Assembly: GCA_964016885.1 (NCBI GenBank)
Contig: OZ024740.1
Location: 359,042,001-359,106,000 of the forward strand
Origin: Eledone cirrhosa
Lineage: Eukaryota
Reading direction: 5' to 3'
Length of the DNA stretch: 64,000 nt
Both the position numbers and the translations under genes were made by a program. A model generated the notes under the pieces. That model was not told the origin of the DNA. It saw only the letters and a list, made by a program, of their open reading frames with translations, and searched no databases. Shown piece after piece: positions 13,531 through 25,559 of this stretch (position 1 is its first letter; each line of letters starts with the position of its first letter).

Positions 13531-13671
13531 TATATTTAATAATATACTGTATGTTTTTATTTTAAAACATTTTGAAAGCCACATAACTTTAAAATTCATA
13601 GCGAATGGCCTTCAAAATGTTTTTAATTAAAAACATACAGTATATTATTAAATATACTATACGTACATTCA
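13531..13671. repeat. Small foldback element A (arms ~13531-13581 and 13606-13656)
   Basis: Arms are near reverse complements; most of the unit recurs inverted at 14851-14958. Confidence 0.8.
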
Positions 13672-13677
13672 TATATA

Positions 13678-13771
<94 letters not shown>

Positions 13772-13775
<4 letters not shown>

Positions 13776-14600
13776 TAAACGGAATAGAAAATGCTGACAA
13801 ATTGTTCACAGTTGAAAAATGGCTTAATTAGGAATAAAAGAGTATTAGTGATTGTATGGGTTAGTATTCAGTTGTGGTTTTAAGTTTTTAAGTTTTTACC
13901 GGTTGCGCATTTCTAAATGCTTTTCAAAAATAATTTTGAGATAGAGTGTCCGAGCTGTTTGCTCTGATCTGATTAGTTTTGGGAATTCTACCTGTTTTTA
14001 TGTTAAAAAAGTGGCTCCAATTTGCAAAAATTCTTGTGGTCAAAACAATTTTGATTGGTCGGTAGAGGTCATGTGAATGTAAAAAATTGATTTTGCGCCA
14101 AGACTGTTTTTATGTTAAAAAAGTGGCTCCAGCAAAAATTCTTGTGGTCAAAACAATTTTGATTGGTCGGTAGAGGTCATGTGAATAAAAAGAATTTTTG
14201 CTGGAGCCACTTTTTTAACATAAAAACAGTCTTGGCGCAAAATCAATTTTTTACATTCACGTGACCTCTACCGACCAATCAAAATTGTTTTGACCACAAG
14301 AATTTTTGCAAATTGGAGCCACTTTTTTAACATAAAAACAGGTAGAATTCCCAAAACTAATCAGATCAGAGCAAACAGCACGGACACTCTATCTCAAAAT
14401 TATTTTTGAAAAGCATTTAGAAATGCGCAACCGGTAAAAACTTAAAAACTTAAAACCACAACTGAATACTAACCCATACAATCACTAATACTCTTTTATT
14501 CCTAATTAAACCATTTTTCAACTGTGAACAATTTGTCAGCATTTTCTATTCCGTTTACCAATATATAATAACTTGTGTGTTACACCTCTATTCTTTTAAC
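13772..14600. mobile_element. Foldback element B: 372-bp inverted arms plus ~39-nt tail, in (TA)n
   Basis: 13772-14143 is the reverse complement of 14190-14561 (three mismatches noticed); internal ~85-bp direct repeat; tail 14562-14600. Confidence 0.88.
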
Positions 14601-14622
14601 TATATATATATATATATATATA

Positions 14623-14815
14623 CGTTGAATCGGAGGTAACCACAGTAAGTAATGTACTCAATACATAGCAGAGTATAAAAGTTTTAATATAGATGAGATT
14701 CTACAGGACTAGAACCGTTTCATTCTTTAGAAATCATCACTTTTGGAAAGCCAGATTCCTGATGATTTCTAAAGAATGAAACAGTTCTAGTCCTGTAGAA
14801 TCTCATCTATATTAA

Positions 14816-14819
<4 letters not shown>
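14623..14819. mobile_element. Foldback element C: 60-bp arms, 20-nt spacer, ~57-nt tail, HHR-bearing
   Basis: 14680-14739 versus 14760-14819 inverted; (TA)n on both sides. Confidence 0.88.
14753..14803 (+). ncRNA. Type I hammerhead ribozyme
   Basis: agauuc-CUGAUGA-uuucuaaagaau-GAAACAG-uucuaguc-CUGUA^gaaucu; 6-bp stem I, 4-bp stem III; the other arm has G.U in place of A-U in stem III. Confidence 0.8.
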
Positions 14820-14854
<35 letters not shown>

Positions 14855-14959
14855 TGTACGTATAGTATATTTAATAATATACTGTATGTTTTTAATTAAA
14901 AACATTTTGAAGGCCATTCACTATGAATTTTAAAGTTATGTGGCTTTCAAAATGTTTTT

Positions 14960-15052
14960 GAATGGTGTTTTGTTGTATTCTTTATCTCTTAAATGGTGTT
15001 TTGTTTTATTCTTTATTTTTTAAATGGTGTTTCACTGTATTCTTTATTTTTT
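14960..15052. repeat. ~31-bp tandem repeat, three copies
   Basis: aatggtgttttgttgtattctttat... three times. Confidence 0.8.
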
Positions 15053-15149
15053 CCTTTTGCCAAGTCATTTAACTCTTTGCGTTGAAATTCATATTGTATT
15101 AAACATAAATACTTGATTTCAGTTAGACATTTTCCTTTATATTTTATAG

Positions 15150-15293
15150 ATATCTCAATGACAATGATATTCGCCATATTCCGAAAGATACTTTCCGAAA
15201 TGTTACGTCTCTATCCATTCTTTTGCTGAGTAAAAATAATTTAACATCTCAAGCATTTGAATCAATACAACATCTGAACAAGTTGGTCGAATT
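15150..15293 (+). CDS. Internal exon of host LRR protein (two repeats, 144 nt)
   Basis: ttttatag acceptor, gtgagt donor, phase 2-2; YLNDNDIRHIPKDTFRNVTSLSILLLSKNNLTSQAFESIQHLNKLVEL. Confidence 0.9.
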
Positions 15294-15639
15294 GTGAGTA
15301 TTTCTAATAAACCTTTTAAAATGTGTTTAATGTATTAAAGGTGAGTGATTTCACAGAAACAGCAGTGCGTCAGAATAAACATCCTACAGCATCTATTTAC
15401 GTTCGTCAACATTTTAAGTTTATAACATTCGAAAATTGGCTTGGCCATTCATTCCTCACCAATACGATGTAGTAGATTTATATGACAGCAATAATCCCCA
15501 GATAATTATCATAGATAAGAATGGTTATAATCGACCCAATAATGAACTTTCCACGCAATAATTGACATTGTACTAACTAAGAAGTGAAAGTCTGTATGTA
15601 ACTATATGCTTTCAGGTAATTTAATTTTAAAACAAAATG

Positions 15640-16100
15640 AGGGAGTGATTTGGTATAGATGATATATTGCTAGATTAAATACCTTACATCCGTTGGAACA
15701 CAGCAATCATTTTCCCAATCCTGCAGTTGATGTCCAGTTGGTGTCTTCAAGGTGATAAAACATGGCCTTCTACGCCTGCGAAACGTGGAAATGCAGAGCC
15801 AAGACGCTTAAGCGTCGAAGCTCTTTCCATTAATGGTGCCTGTGTAAAATTCTAGAGGTCAACATACGAGATAGGATTAGGAACGAAGGTAACGTGTATA
15901 CTACAGGAGTGCCGGTACCGTTTTGCGGGTCACATTCTGTGCCTCCAAGAACACCGCTCGTCCAAAATGTTGATGATGTGGACTCTCACCGAAAGCAAGC
16001 GGAAAAGAAGCCAATCGAAGATGACAAGGCGACCTACAACCCATCAACATCACCTGGCACAGATGTCAACGAGCTGCTGCCGACCGACAGCGTTTGAGAT
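15640..16100 (+). mobile_element. Degenerate RTE-clade LINE 3' fragment
   Basis: FYACETWKCRAKTLKRRSSFH*WCLCKILEVNIRDRIRNE resembles the RTE C-terminal LYGCETW...CLR.IL...DRI.NE block. Confidence 0.7.
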
Positions 16101-16822
16101 AATTGGTTGGCTTATGTTCCTAAACTAATATCTAAGAGTTAAGAGCTAAAAACATTAGAGTATCTACTCTTGTTCTTGTAGTTTCCAGTTTCTCCTTAAC
16201 AGGTCTGTTGCCGATAAAATGAGAACACGTAAAATGATGAGGTGCATTCCATTGATTAGAGTAACAGCTTCCAATATAAATCATCGAGTCAGTCAGTACT
16301 TTTCTTTTTTAAATTAATGATACTGTAGAGAGAAGCGGGTGCGAATGATCAATTTTCATGAAAGCTGAAATGTTTCATCATAATCATAACTAGTTTAAAT
16401 TTCAATCTATCTGAGTTAGACTATCATTCCACCCTCCGAGTTTTACAAAATAAATTCTTTATTAATCTGAATTGTTGTGAGACGTCACCAGGTCTGAAGA
16501 ATGAACGAAAGCATTATAATCGAGGAAATGGATTCCATAATATCTCAATTTTAATGGAATTTGCACTGTGTTTGAAGATCTCATGACCCTCGAATGGCTA
16601 ATTAGATACTTTATCCCTTTGCATAATTTCCTTACAAAAATATTTTCTAAGAAGTTCAAATTAAATATTGATCATTACAATCGTGTCTAACCAGTAAGAT
16701 CATTCAATCAAGAGTGAGTAAAATAAAATGATTTCGGTATTTCTTTCACGATTTAATAAATGGAAATGGAAATTATACAATTATACATTAAGAAGTTCTA
16801 ATATATAGATGTATGTACATGC

Positions 16823-16883
<61 letters not shown>

Positions 16884-16886
16884 GAT

Positions 16887-16975
16887 GTAGGCATGGCCGT
16901 GTGGTAAAATGTTCTTCCTAAGCACGTGTTAAATCCCATTCCATGCACTTTCGGCAAGTCTCTTCAAACTTTAGA
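16887..16975 (+). mobile_element. Head of a second, diverged tRNA-derived SINE family
   Basis: gtaggcatggccgtgtggtaa (A-box-like), gttaaatccc, gcactttcggcaagtctcttc. Confidence 0.5.
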
Positions 16976-17193
16976 CATAGACAGTTCTTTTCTGTATTTG
17001 CTTTCTAATATTTTTGGTATGGAATCATGGGTTGAAACAAATATTATCTTTTACTTTGGAAGGGTCGTGTTTGTCAGAAATATCCACGCTGTAATGAGTT
17101 TCGCTTCTGTTTTAATATTAGTCAAGTAACTCATACACACACATATATATGCATATAGGTGTTGTGATGAGTTACTGCGTATATATATATAAT

Positions 17194-17602
17194 ATAGTAT
17201 AAAAAAAACGAAAAATCAGTGATGCATCTGGACTCAGTTTATTGCGTGTTACAATTGTTTCGCCGGCAGGTAGCTCGAGACATGATCACTGTATGGATCT
17301 GGCTGATTCTACGGCTGCGGGTTCCTTCGGACACGGGTAGTTCGTTCGGAGCAAATTTTCTCACTCCGAACGAACTACCCGTGTCCGAAGGAACCTGCAG
17401 TCGTAGAATCAGCCAGATCCATACAGCGATCATGTCTCGAGCTACCTGCCGGCGAAACAATTGTAACACGCAATAAACTGAGTCCAGATGCATCACTGAT
17501 TTTTCGTTTTTTTATACTATCCACACTCTACTCTGTATGAATATTGAGTACTAATTTTGGCATACCGCCTATGGAAGCACCATAGCTACCATTATACACA
17601 AG
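17194..17602. mobile_element. Foldback element D: ~158-bp arms, 12-nt spacer, ~82-nt tail, HHR-like motif in each arm
   Basis: 17194-17351 versus 17364-17520 inverted; AATAAA at 17472; (TA)n flanks. Confidence 0.88.
17380..17470 (+). ncRNA. Hammerhead-like motif with variant core (mirror copy at 17245-17335, minus)
   Basis: cgugu-CCGAAGG(A)-...gcag...cugc..-GAAAC-AAUU-GUA^acacg; stems I and III fit, the CUGANGA box does not. Confidence 0.55.
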
Positions 17603-17626
17603 TATATATATATATATACACACACA

Positions 17627-17704
<78 letters not shown>

Positions 17705-19504
17705 TTATATATGTATGTGTGTGCGTGTGTGTATTTGAGTAAATATGAATGAATGTATGTATCTCCCCCCACCCAGATTAAATTTTTAACATGTCCTTAC
17801 ATGTGTTGTTTAAATTTCAATTACAAATTGAAACGACGTTGTCGTTCACAATTAGTCAATTAATAGTATGCAACATTAAACATTGATGAATAGTGTCGCT
17901 TAATATTCATTTTGCATTTATCAAACTTCACATATTGGCGCCTTTCTTTAGTTGAGCATCTATAGTATTCTACAAATTTTTGACGAGTCAAACGCTAACA
18001 TCCATATTCTATTTCAAGTGAATATATATGTATATTTTTGCATCTTGATAGAAGTATAGTTAACATGTAAAACACACATATATCGTTATATTAATATTTG
18101 CTGTAATTTGTAATAATTCTGTACATTAAGTGTGTGGAAATCTCGTAAATACTTAGCCTAGTAATTGACACTATTCCAGTGCATCTGGTGTAGTGTAGGT
18201 GCAGCTAAATAGTGTCAGTAACTAGGTCGTAGACGTACAACGGAATATGCTGATAGTAACATACTATTAAACATTAACGAATAGGTGAATCTAACGATAT
18301 ATGCTTCAGGCTAAAACCTCATTTTGCAACACCATGTTTAAAATCTATATTTGGTATTTTGCTTCTTATCCAAATTATGTACACTTCACAGGTATAGAAA
18401 TATTGATAAATATCAAATTCCTCTTATATCCTGCATCACTGTTAAATAATATATTTCAGAGTGATTTCTCAGGTATTATAGAACAAAGAGTATCCATTAA
18501 GTATTGGTATATTCAATTAACTACTAAATTTATCTTAAATAGGATCGTTTGTTTTTATATTGCTGGTAAGGAATGTTCAGTATAATTTCAATAAAATTCA
18601 TCAAGATCTGTTATAATACATGTATGTTACAATCCATCTTTTTAAATTATAAATATAATTTTATATATATTATATATTTATATATGTGTGTATATGTGTA
18701 TGTGTGTGTGAGAGAGAAAGGGAGGGTGTGTGTTTATCTCTGTGTGTATGCGTCTGCGTGTCTGGGTCAATGTAAAATACATATACACAGATATATTCGT
18801 ATTCTTTAGTTCCTTTTGCATTGGGCAACAGGAGATTTCCATTCCACGCGATTGGAAGCTTTGTCACTGGCTTACTCCCATTCCAGGTATTTTCTCGTCG
18901 TTTCTGTAGTAATTTTAATTGATGGAAGTAGAGCTATTAGTCTCGCACTCAGTCTTTTCTTCCTTCTTAACACAGGCTGAAAATGATGCTACCGTTGCCC
19001 AGGATAGGCTCCCATTTCATGTGCTCTTCGAAGGGCCAGATGAAACTGGAACTTAAATTACGTCAATTTCAAAGGAACATTAGAAAACGCTATATCCCAT
19101 CAAACACTAAATCAAACGTAACCCAGAATCCTAAAATCTGCCAGTATTCCAAACGCAAGAGATTTGCCTTCAGCGTAACTGTGTTCCTTCACACATCTTC
19201 CTGAGAGTCGATGCACTAACAGAAATGGGACCCCAAGCCAACATTTAACCCACTGTAAAATAATGCTGGTCCAGACTTTTCGTAATATTCATGATGTATA
19301 CAAGGTATGTGCGTGGTGAGATTTGTAAAATATTCAACTGATTATCATGAGTTGAGAAATTTTGGAATATCTCGACAGAGCGGTATGGTGCTAGTTGTTG
19401 TCTCAAATATATTGATGTGTTGAGGTTCAAAGTAAACGATGTTGCTGGTGAACAATTAAAGGAGAGATTGACCTGTCTGAAATTGGATGGTACATTGAGG
19501 AATT

Positions 19505-19586
19505 TTAAAGTTGTAGTCTACGATTTAACTTTTTAAAGATGTAGTCTACGATTTAACGATTTAACTTTTTAAATGTAGTCTACGAT
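19505..19586. repeat. Short tandem repeat (~28-35 bp, three copies)
   Basis: tgtagtctacgatttaactttttaaa repeated. Confidence 0.7.
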
Positions 19587-19779
19587 AAAACCTTTTGTAT
19601 GTAGTGAAGACGTTAATGAAATTGAATTCGTGGCAATGTATAGGAATAGAACAATTTTCTTTTTAGGTTTCTGTAACCAGATATTCTTGTGGCACACTGA
19701 AATATATTGATGGTAAATTTTGCTGCAGTGAAATTACGCTGAAACTAAGTTCAAGAGGATGAAAAGCAGATGTTGAGCA

Positions 19780-20110
19780 GAAATTCTGCGTGACTATTAC
19801 AATTAAAAATTCGATAGTGTATGCATGCATGAGTTGGTGAAACAAGTATATCAGCCTTAGAATTAACACCTGTGATTTACAAAGATAGATCAAACGCTAG
19901 GCCGAAACTTTTGCTCATCTTTATGATCCCTTCTATCGTGAATAAAGACATCATCAAAGTAGACATCTTCCATGACAAGGATAATACTCAAAATTTGGAG
20001 GAAGCGCAGATGAGCGTTGGTGAAATCATTTACATCGATGGAGCCCCCTTCGTTAGCTAATATGTGATGTTTGATAGTAATTTCCCGTTTATCAAGACTG
20101 AAAAATGTTT
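19780..20110 (-). mobile_element. Possible decayed Gypsy-type RT fragment
   Basis: Minus strand NAHLRFLQILSIILVMEDVYFDDVFIH resembles NAPxxFQ...YxDDxxI. Confidence 0.4.
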
Positions 20111-20960
20111 ATATGTGAAATAACATGCCAAAGATGAGTACAGGAAACCAGTAGGTGGAATTATTTGTGTTGTCATTTTTTAGTGTTCTTTTGTATCAGC
20201 TTCTGAACCTTAGAAGTTAGTTTTAGTAAAGATGCCAAAGAATATTGTTCACTATACCTTAGTATATTTAATCTATATACTGATATCTTCAGAAATGACG
20301 AAAAAAATGCTAAGAGAGACAAAATGAATATGAACAGCAATATTCTTTAATAAGCAATTATTGTCTTAAAAAATGACAAGCTGCAAATTTTAACCACAGT
20401 AAAAGGTACCGGTATGACACATGTAATACAAATGAATGTAATGAGAACAGAATAAAGCGTTTTCGGCAAGAAATATGTCAACCTAATTAATATTGCAAGT
20501 GAGGGAAAATTAATTGTCGTGTGCAGTGAGACAGTAAATGTGAAACAAAAATCTAAAGGTTTCAGATAAAAGGAAATTTATTTGAAAAGATATCAAACAT
20601 ACCTAGATCAAGAAACCTTATTATTGGAACCAGAATCATATTTATTAAATGTTATGTATGGCCTCTTGCATTCTATGAAGTTGATAACTAGACATTAACA
20701 AAAGTATTATGAAATAGATTTAGTATGCAGAATATATAGGAATTTTTACAGAATACAAAACCAATGATAAACTACTAAGAATGGCAAAAATGTTTTATTT
20801 TAAAACATCAAAGAAAGACAATTTCAATACTAGGGGCACTACGTTGGGAATATGGTTTGACAGTTAGTAGTAGGATTGGGAAAAGATGAAAGAGAAAACC
20901 AAGCATCAAGTGGGTGGATGATATAAAAAATTGAACAAACGTAAAATACAGATGTATAAA

Positions 20961-21145
20961 TGTTTCTAATTTTTGCACAAGACAATAATTGCTTTTTCTG
21001 GCAATGGAAGTTGATTACATCAACCCCAGTACTTGACTTGTACTTTATTCTATCGACCCCAAAAGGATGAAAGGCAGAGTTGACCGCGGTGGAATTTTAA
21101 TTCAGTATGTAAAGAGCAGGCACAAATATTGTTAAGCATTCTCCC
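20961..21145 (-). mobile_element. Older subfamily copy of the tRNA-derived SINE
   Basis: tgtttctaatttttgcacaag...tactttattctatcgaccccaaaaggatgaaaggc. Confidence 0.75.
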
Positions 21146-21460
21146 GAGGTTACATCTAAGTTGCCTATTCTCCACCCATGTAGGACAAGTTTAGTGACAA
21201 CAAAGGGAAGACAGAGATCATTAATCATGGAATTCCACATAACGAGAGATGACTCTAGTTGATGAATATGATATATAACATGTAGTGTAATGGTTAAATA
21301 GATGGACAGACAAATGGTAGAGCCATACCTACGCGTGTTTATGTTAGTATGTATGCGTGCATGCATGTATGTAAGAATACATGTATGCAAGTATGAATGA
21401 CAGTAAGTACGTACGTATGTATGCATGTATGTGAATATATATATATATATATATATATAT

Positions 21461-21712
21461 AACTGGTTTGATGATGGCTGACTGGGAGATTGAATCTCTT
21501 GAAAGAGAAACTTGGCGTAGAATGGTGAATGGTGGTGTCCATAATTTTGAGAACAGGTGCATAGAGCCCGAGAAGATCAAACGGGGTGTGCGTAAGTAAT
21601 GCCCTTGTTTATCTCTCGAAACGATCGGTATCTCCATTGAATTGAAGTGCCCTAAGTGTGGAAAACTTTGCTTGAGCAAATTTGGTCTCAGGAGCCATAA
21701 TCGCAGCCATGT
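21461..21712 (+). mobile_element. RTE/BovB-like LINE C-terminal fragment
   Basis: WEIESLERETWRRMVNGGVHNFE...CPKCGKLCLSKFGLRSHNRSH (C2H2 finger). Confidence 0.8.
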
Positions 21713-22622
21713 TCAGAGAAAACCAGTGAACTATGATCTCAACGGTATTGTGAGGGTTCACAGGTAACCTGATGCAAGACCTCATGCTAGGGAGATCCAT
21801 AGTTGTCGTCAGTGTGCGAAGGAGTGTAAGTCTCTAGCAGGCTAGAAAAGCCATATCCGAGCGTTACACATCTGAATCTGACAAGTGATTGGAATACGCT
21901 TAGCAGAGTTTGCAGCCATCATATATATATGTAAGTATGCATATATGTGTAAGTTTGAATATTCTAAAAGGATTTGACCAGCATTAACACTCGATATATG
22001 TAACTTAATAGGACCACTTAGCAAAATCATATTTCATATTTCATAAGTCATACTTTGGGCATCTGGACCAATTCGAAAGAGAATGTTTTCCGAAACAATT
22101 AATTTCTGTTGAGGCTTTCTTGGAACATAACAAGGACGGTTGAGGTGTCGTATAGAGCCCGATTATGGGCAGATCATTAGCCTTTGCTTGCACAAACATT
22201 AATTCACTTAGAAACATGACAGCTTTGTATCTGCAACAAAGGTTATGTAGGGAAGTAGCAGCTCTTTTCTTCCATCTCCACAGGAGACCCGCCCGAATGT
22301 TGGTAATATTCCTTAGTTTCTCTTCAGCGTTTAATTAGTTGTCGGTTAGATCTAAGATCATATGTTTCAATAAATGGAATATTCCATTTCTGTGTATTGA
22401 TGGATGTGTTTATGCCTTGTGGTTTTAGTAGAGACTCGAGTAGATGTTTGCTTGCATTGTTTCAAGTGCTCTACATTATGTTTGTTGTGATGTGGCAACC
22501 CTGCGGGACAACTTTATGTGTTGTATTAACAGCAGATCTTGATGAAGTGTTTTAACAAGACTGCATCATTTGCCAGATATATCAGGTCTGAAAAAGGGTT
22601 TTCGTAGTTAGTGAGCAGTTGG

Positions 22623-22623
22623 C

Positions 22624-22666
<43 letters not shown>

Positions 22667-22696
22667 ATTGGTGTCTGGTGTCTGGTGTTTGGTGTC
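22623..22696. repeat. (GTCTGGT)n heptamer repeat
   Basis: About 10 copies visible. Confidence 0.9.
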
Positions 22697-22843
22697 TCGT
22701 TTCTTTGTCGTTGTGCTTACACTGTTAAACATGGTCATGGCGATTTCTTTTGTTCCAACTGAATGTCTTTTTTGTTTCCTGAGATGCAAGAAAGATACAG
22801 ACCCACGCTGCTCTATCAAAATATATATGTACCTACAAACAAA

Positions 22844-22930
<87 letters not shown>

Positions 22931-22939
22931 GCACACGCA

Positions 22940-23040
<101 letters not shown>

Positions 23041-23599
23041 ACCATACCAATGACATGAGATGAGACGTTTAGCATGAATATGCCACTGCCCCGCTGAACT
23101 CCTAAGGATCGCCTATATTTGTATATGCTTTTATATGCATATAAGATCATATGCGTACGTGTGCCGATACGTATAAACACTCATGAACTCCTACAAACAT
23201 ACCCAATAGGCCAGCCATTCTCACTCCCTGCGCTAGTCATCTTGTCCGTGCACACATACTCTCAAACATAAACAAACACTACTCAGACAACTGCGCTTTA
23301 AAATCATCCTTGCCTAACGCACATCACGATGTTCATACCCTCCCAGCTTTGTACCGACAAACGCTCTCCTCCCAACACTCACACACAAACATACACAGAG
23401 GAGAACACTTGATTCACGATATTTATCACACTTCTTATAATTACTGAATATATGAGTACTATTCTAGGCTGCACGCTTCAAAAATAGTTGAATAACTATA
23501 ATATATTGTCATTGTAGTGTGTTCCGGGTTATATTCTTCTTGTTGACACTTCTTACAAGCATATTCTTATAAGCGAAAGAAATAAGCAATCATCGGAAA

Positions 23600-23797
23600 A
23601 TGTGACAATTGAAATATGAATTATACAATTATGGTTCACTGCATGAGTAACCATTAACAGTGAGTAAATAAATTAAGAACAAGGAGACATCTACGAAGTA
23701 GCCAACGCTAATCTAGTTCCTCGAAATGTCTTTTGAATAGATTAAAGACTGTATTAAAAACCTCTACATTAGATTATACATTAAAATATATTTTTGC

Positions 23798-23839
<42 letters not shown>

Positions 23840-24236
23840 CTGTCAATGCCACATGTATATTTGTATGCGTATGCATATTCGTTTGATTCCATTTTTTTAT
23901 GTTTACCACTGTTACCCGGTTGTCATGTAAAACTAATAACAATAGCAAGACAGCGTTTCAATAAATATGGAGCTTTTAAATATCAGGCAGAAATGAATAC
24001 TGTGGTTGATATCATTGACTAAATACATTAAAAAGCGTTGCCAAGCTAAGTCTTCATGTCAGTGACTAAAAATAATGAAATACAAGTAATACAACTCTGG
24101 TGCACTGCATAAGTACCCATTCACAGTGAGTAAATAAGTTAAAATCAAGGTCACATCTATGAAGTAGTCAATACCATTGAACTTCACCAAAATGTCGTTT
24201 GAATAACTTGAAGAATGTATTAAACATCTACATAAG

Positions 24237-24245
<9 letters not shown>
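23600..24245. repeat. Diverged direct repeat (~23600-23780 and ~24070-24245)
   Basis: Shared blocks acagtgagtaaataa, acatcta.gaagtag, aaatgtc.tttgaata and agattata, offset ~466 bp. Confidence 0.7.
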
Positions 24246-24281
<36 letters not shown>

Positions 24282-25559
24282 CAAGTTAATATAAATAAAT
24301 ATATGATCAACACTTATGTGTTTTTATTGTAAATTGACAATAAATTAGCTAGAATGAAATATTTTAATTCAAATACATATAGTCTGCCTGTATCGATCTA
24401 AAAAATAATAAATCTATACTCACAAGCGTATATCGGCAATGGCCTTGGTGCCTATACAAGTTTAAATTTCAAACTTCAAACCTTTTCCGCAGATCAGTCC
24501 GAAACTCAAAACGTAAACCTGTTTCACAAAGGATGGTATAATATTGACATAATTAATTAATTGTGAAATAATTAATTTTCTGTGATTCTCAATAGGCACC
24601 CAGAAAAATTAAAGTTACTTCACTTCGGAGAAATATCTAAGGTCTAGTTTATCGTATGCTAAATACATGTGCTTTTGCACACGATTACTTCCAGCATTCT
24701 AGCTCATACTCATGGCGCTAGAAATAACAGTCGTTTATATGGGATTACGAATTCAGCTCGACCGAGGGAGCAGTTGTATAATATAATTTATATATATATA
24801 TATATAACAAATGTATTGTGTATATTTACACACAATATCATCATTGTTGTCATCCTTTACTGCTACCACTACCACTCCAACCAATGATGAAGCATTCCTC
24901 CTTCCCTGCCTCCTTCTATCTCAAACTAAATCATACCTCACAGACCCAAGAATGATTTGCAAAACTCGTACAAATTGAAATCTATCACAACACACAAGCA
25001 ATCCAAACATATCCCACTATTCAATGCGCCCCAGATTCAGCACTAACCACCTAGGACAAAACACACAATTCATACTATTAACAACAGCAAACACCAATGC
25101 AAATATTCCACAACAACATCGCCGCTCCAACCAATTACTAAATCTCAAACACATTTAAAAACACGCATACGCATAACATGGAATCATAGAATCTGCCGCC
25201 GATATTTTCACCGCAACAGATTATGAATGCCGCAAAATCGTCCCTTTACTAAACCTCCAGGCATTCGATGCACCAATAAAAATAAAGATGGGAATCCATA
25301 CAAAACCAAATAAACAGTAAAATACCCCCTGTTGTTATAGTCCATACTTCCCTAAAACATCACAAACAACCGCAAATATATAAACAAACATTATCTTGTC
25401 AAACAGTGCCACCGAAACAACTCCAGGCATCAGTCGTTCGCTAAACAGGAAAACCCTTTTAATGCATGACTAATCAGCCCAAAAGGATACAAAAAACTTA
25501 ACCATCACGTAACACAAATGTCTGCTTTCAGCTCAGTACACAAACTTCCATTGCTGTCA

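Noticed and set aside
17219-17496. Two near-identical 85-aa ORFs on opposite strands
   Set aside because: A by-product of the palindrome.
22050-22620. Possible decayed Neptune-type Penelope fragment (IPFIETYD, minus strand)
   Set aside because: A single short motif amid stops; insufficient support.
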